This document shows, one piece after another, positions 51,985 to 64,000 of a stretch of 64,000 nt of DNA; position 1 is the first letter of the stretch, and every line of letters starts with the position of its first letter. Location: the NCBI GenBank assembly GCA_950097015.1, contig CATNEN010000039.1, forward strand, positions 11,842,001-11,906,000, read 5' to 3'. The notes beneath the pieces were generated by a model. The model was not told the origin of the DNA. It saw only the letters and a list, made by a program, of their open reading frames with translations, and made no database searches. This DNA is from Macrostomum hystrix (taxonomy: Eukaryota; Animalia; Platyhelminthes). Made by a program: the position numbers and the translations under genes.

Positions 51985-52690
51985 GGACCCCATCCATGAT
52001 CCCCATCCATTATCCCCATCCATGATCCCATCTATAATCCCCATCCATGATCCCCATCCATGATCCCCGTTCATGATCCCCATCCATGATCCCCATCTAT
52101 AATCCCCATCCATGATCCCCATCCATGATCCCCATTCATGATCCCCATCCATGATCCCCATCCATAATCCCCATCCACAATCTCCATTTATAATCCCCAT
52201 CCATAATCCCCATCCATGATCCCCATCCAAAATCCCCATCCATGATCCCCATCCAAAATCCCCATCCACAATCTCCATTTATAATCCCCATCCATAATCC
52301 CCATCCATGATCCCCATCCAAAATCCCCATCCATGATCCCCATCCATAACCCCCATCCATGATCCCCATCTATAATCCCCATACATAATCCCCATCCATG
52401 ATCCCCATCCTTGATCCCCATCCTTGATCCCCATCTATCTATATAATCCATGATCTATCTATAACCCTTCTATCTATAATCCATGATCTATCTATAACCC
52501 TTCTATCTATAATCCATGATCTATCTATAACCCTTCTATCTATAATCCATGATCTATCCATGATCCCAATTTATCCATTATCCCAATCTATCCATGATCC
52601 CATTCTATCCACAATCCCCATCTATCCATGATCCATGATCTCCATCTATCCATAATCCCCATCTATCCGTTATCCCCATCCATAATCTTT
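51985..52690. repeat. Minisatellite, 13-bp unit (ATCCATGATCCCC) and derivatives
   Basis: Tandem array after the ABHD13 stop. Confidence 0.9.
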
Positions 52691-52980
52691 ATTTTTTAAT
52701 GCTGCTCTGATTGCATCCCAATGTCGCCAGTATGTGTTCTGTCGATAATGCAAGCCTGCAGCTTAGCTGACAGTCTTTACTAGACTAGGTTTATTTAACT
52801 AAAAACTGGCTAAATCCCTTATTTAATAAACACGTATACAATAGGTATTCTTACGACTCTTTTACCTACAATTTTCTTGCTCTTTTCTTTAATTGTTTTG
52901 TCTGAAATTTTCTGATTCTATCTGGAAAGATGATATATATACGCTAATTTTATTGTTTTGTAGTGAGTTCCTTTTTTTCA

Positions 52981-53015
<35 letters not shown>

Positions 53016-53247
53016 CTGACTGCTGTCTGAAAGCGATACAAACAAAACACAGGCATTCTAGTCTATTTATCCCCTCTATTTGTATTGCCAATATAAAAAC
53101 TTGTATGTTTAAGTGTCTGTACTGAATGCAGAACACACGTTTGTGTACACACAGTGGGTCGGCAAATACCCGACAGAAAACCTCCGGCTCCCTGGTATCT
53201 TAGTATCTCTATCCCCAGTGTCCCGAAATCTCACCCATGTATTTTTT

Positions 53248-53722
53248 CTCCTGTCTCATCTCTCCCTGTCTCATCTCTCCCTGTCTCATCTCTCCCGTGT
53301 CTCATCTCTCCCCTGTCTCATCTCTCCCCTGTCTCATCTCTCCCGTGTCTGATCTCTCCCGTGTCTCAGCTCTCCCGTGTCTCAGCTCTCCCGTGTCTCA
53401 GCTCTCCCGTGTCTCATCTCTCCCTGTCTCATCTCTCCCTGTCTCATCTCTCCCTGTCTCATCTCTCACGCTGTATCATCTCTCCCCTGTCTCATCTCTC
53501 ACGGTGTATCATCTCTCCCGTGTCTCATCTCTCACGCTGTATCATCTCTCCCCTGTCTCATCTCCCCTGTCTCATCTCTCCCGTGTCTCATCTCTCTCGT
53601 GTCTTATCTCTCAGTGTCTCATCTCTCCCGTGTCTCATCTCTCCCGTGTCTCATCTCTCTCGTGTCTTATCTCTCAGTGTCTCATCTCTCCCGTGTCTCA
53701 ACTCTCCAGTGTCTCATCTCTT
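53248..53722. repeat. Minisatellite, 15-17-bp unit (CTGTCTCATCTCTCC)
   Basis: Tandem array. Confidence 0.9.
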
Positions 53723-54457
53723 CAGTTGGTTTTCGGATTCGTTTTCTCATTAACCTATTTATCTCTGAAATATATTCTAATTTAGACATGCGAGAGTACT
53801 TCTAAAGTACATTTAATTGACTGTTCTCGTACACTCAAACTAAAACACGGCCACTAATAGTTTTAGGGGAGAATGAATGGACAGACAGATCTTTACACAA
53901 ATATAAAATCATATAGCTGGTAGCGCCAGGTCATTTCCCTCTTGGCGTGATTTTGATTTTGCACAGCAGAAGTTGGAAAAAGCAGGAGTTTGTTCCTATA
54001 GTCAGTGATGTTTAAAATCGAGGTTAAAATGGTGTATTCGAAAAACTGCGAGCGCATATGCTCTTTATAATTAGCTAAAATTCAATTTAATTAACGTGAA
54101 AAAAACTTTCTATTCTTTCATGTCCAGGTTCGCCTATTCATCTTTGGTTGCACGCATGGGTGGCAGTTTCAAAGCATTTTCCTCTTCTATTCCTTTTGGG
54201 ATTTCAAGCGAATCTATCGATAGCAGAGTTGCGTAACCGCCTGAATTCTCCCCATTATGTGCACTCATCAGTCATCAGCAAGATTACACGCGTGAGCATA
54301 ACAAAATTCACTCACGACTGTGTTTTGGCCACAGATATAGTCCAATAATATACACACAGTACTTTTGCCATAGACAACTGTATGTCGTCTTAAAATCATT
54401 CAGCTTCATTATTTTTAAGATAAATAGCACACGTGTGGAGAATTAATCAGCATAGTA

Positions 54458-55480
54458 TAGCTTTTGTCAGGCTATCTCAGCCAGCCCATCTTGTCACTGA
54501 GATTAGACAAGAGAAGCGACGCGAGTATGCGCTATTCATGGCGGGACTGCAACTGGATACGGTGGTAATCTATATAGACGAGACGGGGTACAACCTCTGG
54601 ACGCGCAGATGACAGGGAAGGTCGCGACGGGGTCATCCAGTGAGACGGCGTTGCCCAACACAGAGGGGTCCAAATCTTTCCATCCGTCTGGCCGTGTCAT
54701 CTGCACTTGGGTTGGTGAAGAGTGACTTTTTCAGAGGAGGCCAGACAAAGGAGAGGTTTCAACAATCCATCAATGACCTCGTGGAGCAGTCATCCCGGAA
54801 ATCGGCAACGCCAGAGTCGTCATAGTCTGCGATGGTCCAAGCTTTCATCGCGGTGTGACAGTGCCGGAGCAGCACCGCCATCAGTTTAAAAATCAGCTGC
54901 TGCCCGCTTACTCGCCGTTTCTCAACCCGTGTGAAATGGCTCATAGTGCAGTGAAGGCTTCGATCAAGCTGCAGCTCGCTGACCCCGCACTGGTGGAGGA
55001 AGAAGCTGGTGGCCGACCTGATGGAGTCACCTGCGTGGAATGGCGCATTTTTCTGCTGGAGCGAGTGGGCCGAGACTCTGCAAGTTGTGTCGCCAATGAA
55101 GGTAGCCAGGTGGGAAATTCACTGCAACCGGAGCTTCCCACAATGCATCCAGGAGGTACCTTTCAACTAAACTGAAATAGCCTATTAACTGATCGTCTCT
55201 GGTAGCCATTTTCAAAGTTTGCTCTGTATATCCCATCCCATACTGTTTTGTTACCCAGTTTTTCTATTGTAAATAGACTGTTTAAAAATGTTACCAAAAC
55301 TATAGACAGAATAACATAGAACTTATAGGTTGGCTGAGATTGCTCGTCCCAAGCTGAGATAGCATGGTCTTAAAATGCATGTCTATGGTAAAAATTAGCA
55401 GCTTCAGTAAAAAACCCCAGTGACAAGATGGGCTGGCTGAGTTTGAATGCCCATAGGCTGAGATAGCCTGACAAAAGCTA
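54458..55480 (+). mobile_element. Defective IS630/Tc1-mariner DNA transposon
   Basis: TA TSDs; TIRs TAGCTTTTGTCAGGCTATCTCAGCC...CCCATCTTGTCACTG; DDE remnants IYIDETG, IVCDG, LPAYSPFLNPCE with an in-frame stop and a frameshift; N-terminal half missing. Confidence 0.9.
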
Positions 55481-55876
55481 TATTTTGAATGCTTGATTTT
55501 TGAATACAAGTGCTAAGAGTCGAACTTCTCAAGCTAAGCATTGTAGGCAAATAAAGTTAAATAAACTGTTTAAAGAATTTTTCATTTTGATTTCAAGGGT
55601 TACCAAGCTACAAAACAAAATTCTTGCTGTTTATTTTTATTGAGGCTCTGTCAATAGTAACGAAGATGCTAAAAAACAGTGGGTCACACACAGAGCTGGC
55701 CTCGCTAGCAGCTGACAAAAGCATACATACCGATACAAAGCATTTTACAGTAACTCAGTGACACGGATATCTCGGATTCGACAAGTAAAATAATCCTAAA
55801 ATATGTCACCACAAAATTTTCTGCTGCTTCATAAACCAGCAATAGGTAACAAGCAGCCCACTAAGTGTTTAACGAT

Positions 55877-57527
55877 TAAATAGATTAGCAATCGATTCTA
55901 ATCCATCATCAATTGAATAGATTAGCAATCCATTCTAATCCATCATCAATTGAATAGATTAGCAATCCATTCTAATCCATCATCAATTGAATAGATTAGC
56001 AATCCATTCTAATCCATCATCAATTGAATAGATTAGCAATCCATTCTAATCCATCATCAATTGAATAGATTAGCAATCCATTCTAATCCATCATCAATTG
56101 AATAGACTAGCAATCCATTCTAATCCATCATCAATTGAATAGATTAGCATTGCATTCTAATCCATCATCAATTGAATAGATTAGCAATCCATTCTAATCC
56201 ATCATCAATTGAATAGATTAGCAATCCCTTCTAATCCATCATCAATTGAATAGATTAGCAATCCATTCTGATCCATCATCAGTTGAATAGATTAGCAATC
56301 CATTCTAATCCATCATAAATTGAATAGATTAGCAATGCATTCTAATCCATCATCAATTGAATAGATTAGCAATGCATTCTAATCCATCATCAGTTGAATA
56401 GATTAGCAATCCATTCTAATCCATCATAAATTGAATAGATTAGCAATGCATTCTAATCCATCATCAATTGAATAGATTAGCAATCCATTCTAATCCATCA
56501 TAAATTGAATAGATTAGCAATCCATTCTAATCCATCATCAATTGAATAGATTAGCAATGCATTCTAATCCATCATCAATTGAATAGATTAGCAATCCATT
56601 CTAATCCATCATCAATTGAATAGATTAGCAATCCCTTCTATTCCATCAGCAATTGAATAGATTAGCAATCCATTCTGATCCATCATCAGTTGAATAGATT
56701 AGCAATCCATTCTAATCCATCATCAATTGAATAGATTAGCAATCCATTCTAATCCATCATCAATTGAATAGATTAGCAATCCCTTCTAATCCATCATCAA
56801 TTGAATAGATTAGCAATCCATTCTAATCTATCATCAGTTGAATAGATTAGCAATCCATTCTAATCCATCATCAGTTGAATAGATTAGCAATCCATTCTAA
56901 TCCATCATCAATTGAATAGATTAGCAATCCATTCTAATCCATCATAAATTGAATAGATTAGCAATCCATTCTAATCCATCATCAGTTGAATAGATTAGCA
57001 ATCCATTCTAATCCATCATCAGTTGAATAGATTAGCAATCCATTCTAATCCATCATCAATTGAATAGATTAGCAATCCATTCTAATCTATCATCAGTTGA
57101 ATAGATTAGCAATCCATTCTAATCCATCATCAGTTGAATAGATTAGCAATCCATTCTAATCCATCATCAATTGAATAGATTAGCAATCCGTTCTAATCCA
57201 TCATCAATTGAATAGATTAGCAATCCATTCTAATCCATCATCAATTGAATAGATTAGCAATCCATTCTAATCCATCATCAGTTGAATAGATTAGCAATCC
57301 ATTCTAATCCATCATCAGTTGAATAGATTAGCAATCCGTTCTAATCCATCATCAGTTGAATAGATTAGCAATCCATTCTAATCCATCATCAGTTGAATAG
57401 ATTAGCAATCCATTCTAATCCATCATCAATTGAATAGATTAGCAATCCATTCTAATCCATCATAAATTGAATAGATTAGCAATCCATTCTAATCCATCAT
57501 CAATTGAATAGATTAGCAATCCATTCC
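55877..57527 (+). repeat. Minisatellite, 37-bp unit (GAATAGATTAGCAATCCATTCTAATCCATCATCAATT), ~44 copies
   Basis: Tandem array; inverted copy at 63178-63797. Confidence 0.95.
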
Positions 57528-58234
57528 GATCTGATCTTAGCAATCTAAGAAATTTACAAAAATCAGTAAACAAGATTAACGTAATGAACTTTTACTAGAC
57601 TGTAAAAAAACAGAGCAATTATAAAACAGACGCGGCTGAGACTATTTCTGAGGGGTTTCTTGTGTACAAAAATCAGAAAAGGAACAACTAGTCAGGTACA
57701 CTAAACAAAACAACCACGAAAAATTTGCTGTTCTCTTGAAACCAATGAATTGATATGGTAATGGCTTTTTATTCGTAATATAGAGACACTATTAGTAGTG
57801 TTGCTAAAATATATAATAAAAAGACAACAAAAACCACAATAAAATATGTTAAATCTACGAAAAAAAACGTTTTTTGATGAAAATTTGTATAAGCAAATGT
57901 ACATAATTATAATGAGTCTTATCAGACAGAACACAGCAGTTTAATATGGACCACAACAAGTCTTTCGTTTAAAAATATTTAAAATAATAGTTGAATAAAT
58001 ACTAATTACAGTTACCCAAATCATCACATGTCTGAAATGACAAAATATTACCGTTACGTTTTTAAAAATATATAATACGACGCTATCACTAATAACAAGT
58101 GTCGTAAAATTGAATTCTTTAGAGAAAAACAAAGAACAAAAATTGTCGACAGTTGCAAAATAGATTCATACAAGTTAGTGTAATCATTAAAAAACGGTTT
58201 ACTAAATAGAAGACCAATCTACTAAGTCTATCTG

Positions 58235-58678
58235 TCAGAGTAGACAGGCAAGATTGGAGATCGGAGAGTAGACAGGTGAGATGGTAGATCGGAGAGTAGA
58301 CAGGTGAGATGGTAGATCGGAGAGTAGACAGGTGAGATGGCAGATCGGATAGTAGACAGGTGAGACGGTAGATCGGAGAGTAGACAGGTGAGATGGTAGA
58401 TCGGAGAGTAGACAGGTGAGATGGTAGATCGGAGAGTAGACAGGTGAGATGGTAGATCGGATAGTAGACAGGTGAGACGGTAGATCGGAGAGTAGACAGG
58501 TGAGATGGTAGATCGGAGAGTAGACAGGTGAGATGGTAGATCGGAGAGTAGACAGGTGAGATGGTAGATCGGAGAGTAGACAGGTGAGATGGTAGATCGG
58601 AGAGTAGACAGGTGAGATGGTAGATCGGAGAGTAGACAGGTGAGATGATAGATCGGAGAGTAGACAGGTGAGATGGAA
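58235..58678. repeat. Minisatellite, 28-bp unit (GATCGGAGAGTAGACAGGTGAGATGGTA)
   Basis: Tandem array just downstream of the ERK stop. Confidence 0.92.
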
Positions 58679-58765
58679 GCTAGATAAGATTAGCGATATA
58701 TTAGCGATATATGAATATTGTCCAACTCAGAAACCTCACATTATCCTGGCCTCACAGTCCTGGCA

Positions 58766-58888
58766 CTAAGCGTGCTGATGCTGCTGCTGCTGCATTCGCT
58801 GAGATTCCACCCAAATGAGCTCCCTGAGCTGCTCCTTCGGTAGGTCGTCCAGCTCCTGCTCGAATGTAAATGGCTCCAGAGCAACTGG
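58766..58888 (-). CDS. ERK: ERK MAP kinase, last exon
   Basis: [28 protein letters not shown]...HA*; phase-0 acceptor. Confidence 0.9.
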   Translation of the reverse strand, partial: PVALEPFTFEQELDDLPKEQLRELIWVESQRMQQQQHQHA

Positions 58889-59294
58889 CTGTTAGAAAAT
58901 CAAAAAGGGGAATTATTAATTGAAGATTTATGAAACCTGGGTCTTCAATATTCTACCTGATTTTAGCAAACAATTTGATAAGCATTTCGTGACTAATTAA
59001 TCTAGTACTGGAGTACTCATGCACGAATTCTCACAGCACCATTGGCTATTGGAATCTCAACTAATTAAATTGCCTTTGAGCTAAATAAATAATATAAAAT
59101 TATTGATCCTATTCCGTATATACGAGTAGTTTAATCTGATTCTAATCTAAATAAAATTTGATCAACTCGCATATGAGCCACCATAAAATACAAAAAATCA
59201 ATTAGAATGCAATACAATGGATATCAAATTAATTCCGAAATATATCTATAATAATTAAATTATACACAATCCAATCATATACAACTTTAAAAAA

Positions 59295-60427
59295 TCTAAT
59301 CCAATATAATCCAACTCAACCTAAGTCAAACCCAATACAATCCAAATCAACCTAACTCAAATCCAATATAATCCAACTCAACCTAAGTCAAACCCAATAC
59401 AATCCAAATCAACCTAACTCAAATCCAATATAATCCAACTCAACCTAACTCAAATCCAATCCAATCCAACTCAACCTAACTCAAATCCAATATAATCCAA
59501 CTCAACCTAACTCAAATCCAATATAATCCAACTCAACCTAACTCAAATCCAATATAATCCAACTCAACCTAACTCAAATCCAATATAATCCAAATCAACC
59601 TAACTCAAATCCAATATAATCCAACTCAACCTAACTCAACTCCAATCCAATCCAACTCAACCTAACTCAAATCCAATATAATCCAAATCAACCTAACTCA
59701 AATCCAATCCAATCCAACTCAACCTAACTCAAATCCAATATAATCCAACTCAACCTAACTCAAATCCAATATAATCCAAATCAACCTAACTCAAATCCAA
59801 TATAATCCAACTCAACCTAACTCAACTCCAATATAATCCAAATCAACCTAACTCAAATCCAATCCAATCCAACTCAACCTAACTCAAATCCAATATAATC
59901 CAACTCAACCTAACTCAAATCCAATATAATCCAACTCAACCTAACTCAAATCCAATATAATCCAAATCAACCTAACTCAAATCCAATATAATCCAAATCA
60001 ACCTAACTCAAATCCAATATAATCCAAATCAACCTAACTCAAATCCAATCCAATCCAACTCAACCTAACTCAAATCCAATCCAATCCAACTCAACCTAAC
60101 TCAAATCCAATATAATCCAACTCAACCTAACTCAAATCCAATATAATCCAACTCAACCTAACTCAAATCCAATCCAACTCAACCTAACTCAAATCCAATC
60201 CAATCCAACTCAACCTAACTCAAATCCAATCCAATCCAACTCAACCTAACTCAAATCCAATATAATCCAACTCAACCTAACTCGAATCCAATCCAATCCA
60301 ACTAATCCTAACTCAAATCCAATCTAATCCAATCCAATCCAACTCAACCTAAGTCAAATCCAACCCAATCAAATCCAATCCAACTCAACCTAACTCAAAT
60401 CCAATCTAATCCAATCCAATCCAATCC
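59295..60427. repeat. Minisatellite, 31-bp unit (CCAATATAATCCAACTCAACCTAACTCAAAT), intronic
   Basis: Tandem array. Confidence 0.93.
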
Positions 60428-60450
60428 ATCACAGGCAATCCAAGGCGCAC

Positions 60451-60924
60451 CTCATCCTGCGGATCGTAGTACTGCTCCAGATAGGGATGAGCCAGGGCCT
60501 CTTCAACGGTGATTCGTTTCTCCGGATTGAAAGCCAGCAGTCTGTCTAGAAGGTCCAGGGCGCGCGCGTCGGCCGTTGGAAACAGCTGCTGCCAGGGCCG
60601 TTTGCATCTAGCCGCCTGCTGCTGCAGGTAGCTGCGAGCCTTGTCGTTGCGAATGCAAGCCAGGTCCTCTGGTCCCGGACTGCCCAGAATGTTCAAAATG
60701 AGATTGAGCTGGTCAATGTAGTGCTTGCCGGGGAATAGAGGTCGATTATTGAGCATCTCGGCTAGGATGCAGCCGATAGACCAGATGTCGATGCTCTTTG
60801 TGTAGCCCTTGCTATTAAGCATGATCTCGGGGGCGCGGTACCAGCGGGTGGCGACGTACTCGGTCAGGATGCCGGTGTGGTCGTGTCCGGGATCGGCCAC
60901 TCTGGCTAGGCCGAAATCGCAGAT
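60451..60924 (-). CDS. ERK: ERK1/2-type MAP kinase, subdomains VII-XI
   Basis: [46 protein letters not shown]; TEY activation loop; YYDPQDE CD motif. Confidence 0.97.
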
Positions 60925-61199
60925 CTGGGTGGGATGTTGTCTTACCAATTTATTATATTCATTTATTACAGAATCTATAGAGCTTTATCCCTAGACTACA
61001 GACTCTTTTTGAAATCTACATTTTTCCTGTCGATAATTTTTGTTGCCTGGCTATGCATTCATTCCTATGTCTATAGATTGATTATAAATACATCTGTAGA
61101 TTATAGCATTATCGATATAGATTAAAATCATCTCCCTATATAGCACCACCTATATAGGTTATAACCTCCTGTCTTCAGATTAATGCCCTTGTCTGAAGA

Positions 61200-62640
61200 T
61201 AATAACCCCTAGACTATATATTATCACCCCTAGTCTATAGAAAATAACCCCTAGACTATAGATAATAACCCAGAGCCTATAGATTATAACCCCTAGACTA
61301 TAGATAATAACGCCTAATTCTATAGATAATAACCCCTAGATTATAGATAAAAACCCCTAGATTATATATAAAACCCCTAGACTATAGATTATAACCCCTA
61401 GACTATAGACTACGAGTATAACCCCTAGACTATAGATTATAACCCCTAGACTATAGATTATAACCCCTAGACTATAGATTATAACCCCTAGACTATAGAT
61501 TATAACCCCTAGACTATAGATTATAACCTCTAGACTATAGATTATAACCCCTAGACTATAGATTATAACCCTTAGACTATAGATTATAACCCCTAGACTA
61601 TAGATTATAACCCCTAGACTATAGATTATAACCCCTAGACTATAGATTATAACCCTTAGACTATAGATTATAACCCCTAGACTATAGACTATAACCCCTA
61701 GACTATAGATTATAACCCCTAGACTGTATATTATAACCCCTAGACTATATATTATAACCCCTAGACTATAGATTATAACCCCTAGACTATAGATTATAAC
61801 CCCTAGACTATAGATTATAACCCCTAGACTATAGATTATAACCCCTAGACTATAGATTATAACCCCTAGACTATAGATTATAACCCCTAGACTATAGATT
61901 ATAACCCCTAGACTATAGATTATAACCCCTAGACTATAGATTATAACCCCTAGACTATAGACTATAACCCCTAGACTATAGATTATAACCCCTAGACTGT
62001 ATATTATAACCCCTAGACTATATATTATAACCCCTAGACTATAGATTATAACCCCTAGACTATAGACTACGAGTATAACCCCTAGACTATAGATTATAAC
62101 CCCTAGACTATAGATTATAACCCCTAGACTATAGATTATAACCCCTAGACTATAGATTATAACCCCTAGACTATAGATTATAACCTCTAGACTATAGATT
62201 ATAACCCCTAGACTATAGATTATAACCCTTAGACTATAGATTATAACCCCTAGACTATAGATTATAACCCCTAGACTATAGATTATAACCCCTAGACTAT
62301 AGATTATAACCCTTAGACTATAGATTATAACCCCTAGACTATAGACTATAACCCCTAGACTATAGATTATAACCCCTAGACTGTATATTATAACCCCTAG
62401 ACTATATATTATAACCCCTAGACTATAGATTATAACCCCTAGACTATAGATTATAACCCCTAGACTATAGATTATAACCCCTAGACTATAGATTATAACC
62501 CCTAGACTATAGATTATAACCCCTAGACTATAGATTATAACCCCTAGACTATAGATTATAACCCCTAGACTATAGATTATAACCCCTAGACTATAGATTA
62601 TAACCCCTAGTCTACAGATTATAACACCTAGTGTAAAGAT
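61200..62640. repeat. Minisatellite, 21-bp unit (AACCCCTAGACTATAGATTAT), intronic
   Basis: Tandem array with an internal higher-order duplication. Confidence 0.95.
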
Positions 62641-63177
62641 TATTATGTCAATCTATTGACGATAATCATAAGTCTATAGATTCATATCCCGAATCTATAG
62701 CTTAGTCTCCCAAGACTATAGATTATTATCTCTAGTCTATAGTTTCAGCATATTATATTTTTTATCCTTTGTCTTATACTTTATGCAAAGAAAGCTTAAT
62801 TAGACATTCAGCGATAATAGCTCGTATTTGCTAGCATTTCCATAGCTACAGATATTTCAACACAGCATTTTTTCGGGATCATAATTATCAATCGGATTTT
62901 TAATAAGCTCTCAGCGCACCTGTGCCTCACAGTTTTCGTGCGTCATAGCAATCCAATTTGAAGAAAATCATTTTTTTACAAACTCGTGACCTGTCTACAC
63001 ATCAAGACTAAAAATTATATGCGAACCAGCGAAGCTATAGGAATTACAATCAGAGATAAAAAAGCTGAGGTGATGGTGAGGTGATGTAAGGTAGGTAAAG
63101 GTAATGTGAAAAAGCTTATGAAAAAGTACATAATGTTAACTTTGTTAACATATTTTGGTAGACTTCTTAGATACAAC

Positions 63178-63797
63178 AATGCATTGCTAATCTATTTAAT
63201 TGATGATGGATTAGAATGGATTGCTAATCTATTCAATTTATGATGGATTAGAATGGATTGCTAATCTATTCAATTGATAATGGATTAGAATGGATTGCTA
63301 ATCTATTCAATTGATGATGGATTAGAATGGATTGCTAATCTATTCAATTGATGATGGATTAGAATGGATTGCTAATCTATTCAATTGATGATGGATTAGA
63401 ATGGATTGCTAATCTATTCAATTGATGATGGATTAGAATGGATTGCTAATCTATTCAATTGATGATGGATTAGAATGGATTGCTAATCTATTCAATTGAT
63501 GATGGATTAGAATGGATTGCTAATCTATTCAATTTATGATGGATTAGAATGGATTGCTAATCTATTCAATTGATGATCGGTTAGAATGGATTGCTAATCT
63601 ATTCAATTGATGAAGGATTAGAATGGATTGCTAATCTATTCAATTGATGATGGATTAGAATGGATTGCTAATCTATTCAATTGATGATGGATTAGAATGG
63701 ATTGCTAATCTATTCAATTGATGATGGATTAGAATGGATTGCTAATCTATTCAATTTATGATGGATTAGAATGGATTGCTAATCTGCTAAATTGATG
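63178..63797 (-). repeat. Minisatellite, 37-bp unit, inverted copy of 55877-57527 (~16 copies)
   Basis: Reverse complement of the same unit. Confidence 0.95.
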
Positions 63798-63847
63798 AGG
63801 AAAAAAAATGAATTGAGTAATTCTAATGTTACGTAATCTATTGCTTA

Positions 63848-64000
<153 letters not shown>

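Overview
Eukaryotic (metazoan) genomic DNA, not prokaryotic. Short GC-rich exons are separated by introns and spacers packed with about 30 unrelated mini- and microsatellite arrays. This architecture, with GCT/CAG-run coding tracts and TTAGGG repeats, is consistent with a flatworm such as Macrostomum, but that is inference only. Most long ORFs in the supplied track are repeat artefacts. Seven host genes were built by hand with phase-consistent GT-AG introns: a CCAP/NPS/vasopressin-family class A GPCR (+, 5036-13706, N-terminal exon not found); a short DGCR2/IDD-like VWC-TM protein (-); AKTIP/FTS (-); a GT92-family glycosyltransferase (-); gluconokinase IDNK (+); ABHD13 (+); and the 3' half of an ERK MAP kinase (-, continuing past the window end). 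Mobile DNA: an apparently intact autonomous hAT transposon (3389 bp, perfect 8-bp TSD, spliced ~698-aa transposase) in a GT92 intron, a non-autonomous hAT-like element with a nested MITE, a second MITE copy, another TIR element, a deleted IS630/Tc1-mariner element, two tRNA-derived SINE families and a candidate solo LTR. Main leads: (1) two inverted 37-bp arrays with a shared unique flank that bracket the last ERK exons; (2) candidate repeat-inflated operons, with an in-frame ATG-less acceptor where a spliced-leader AUG could supply the start codon; (3) a GPCR lacking three conserved activation tyrosines; (4) the intact hAT element.
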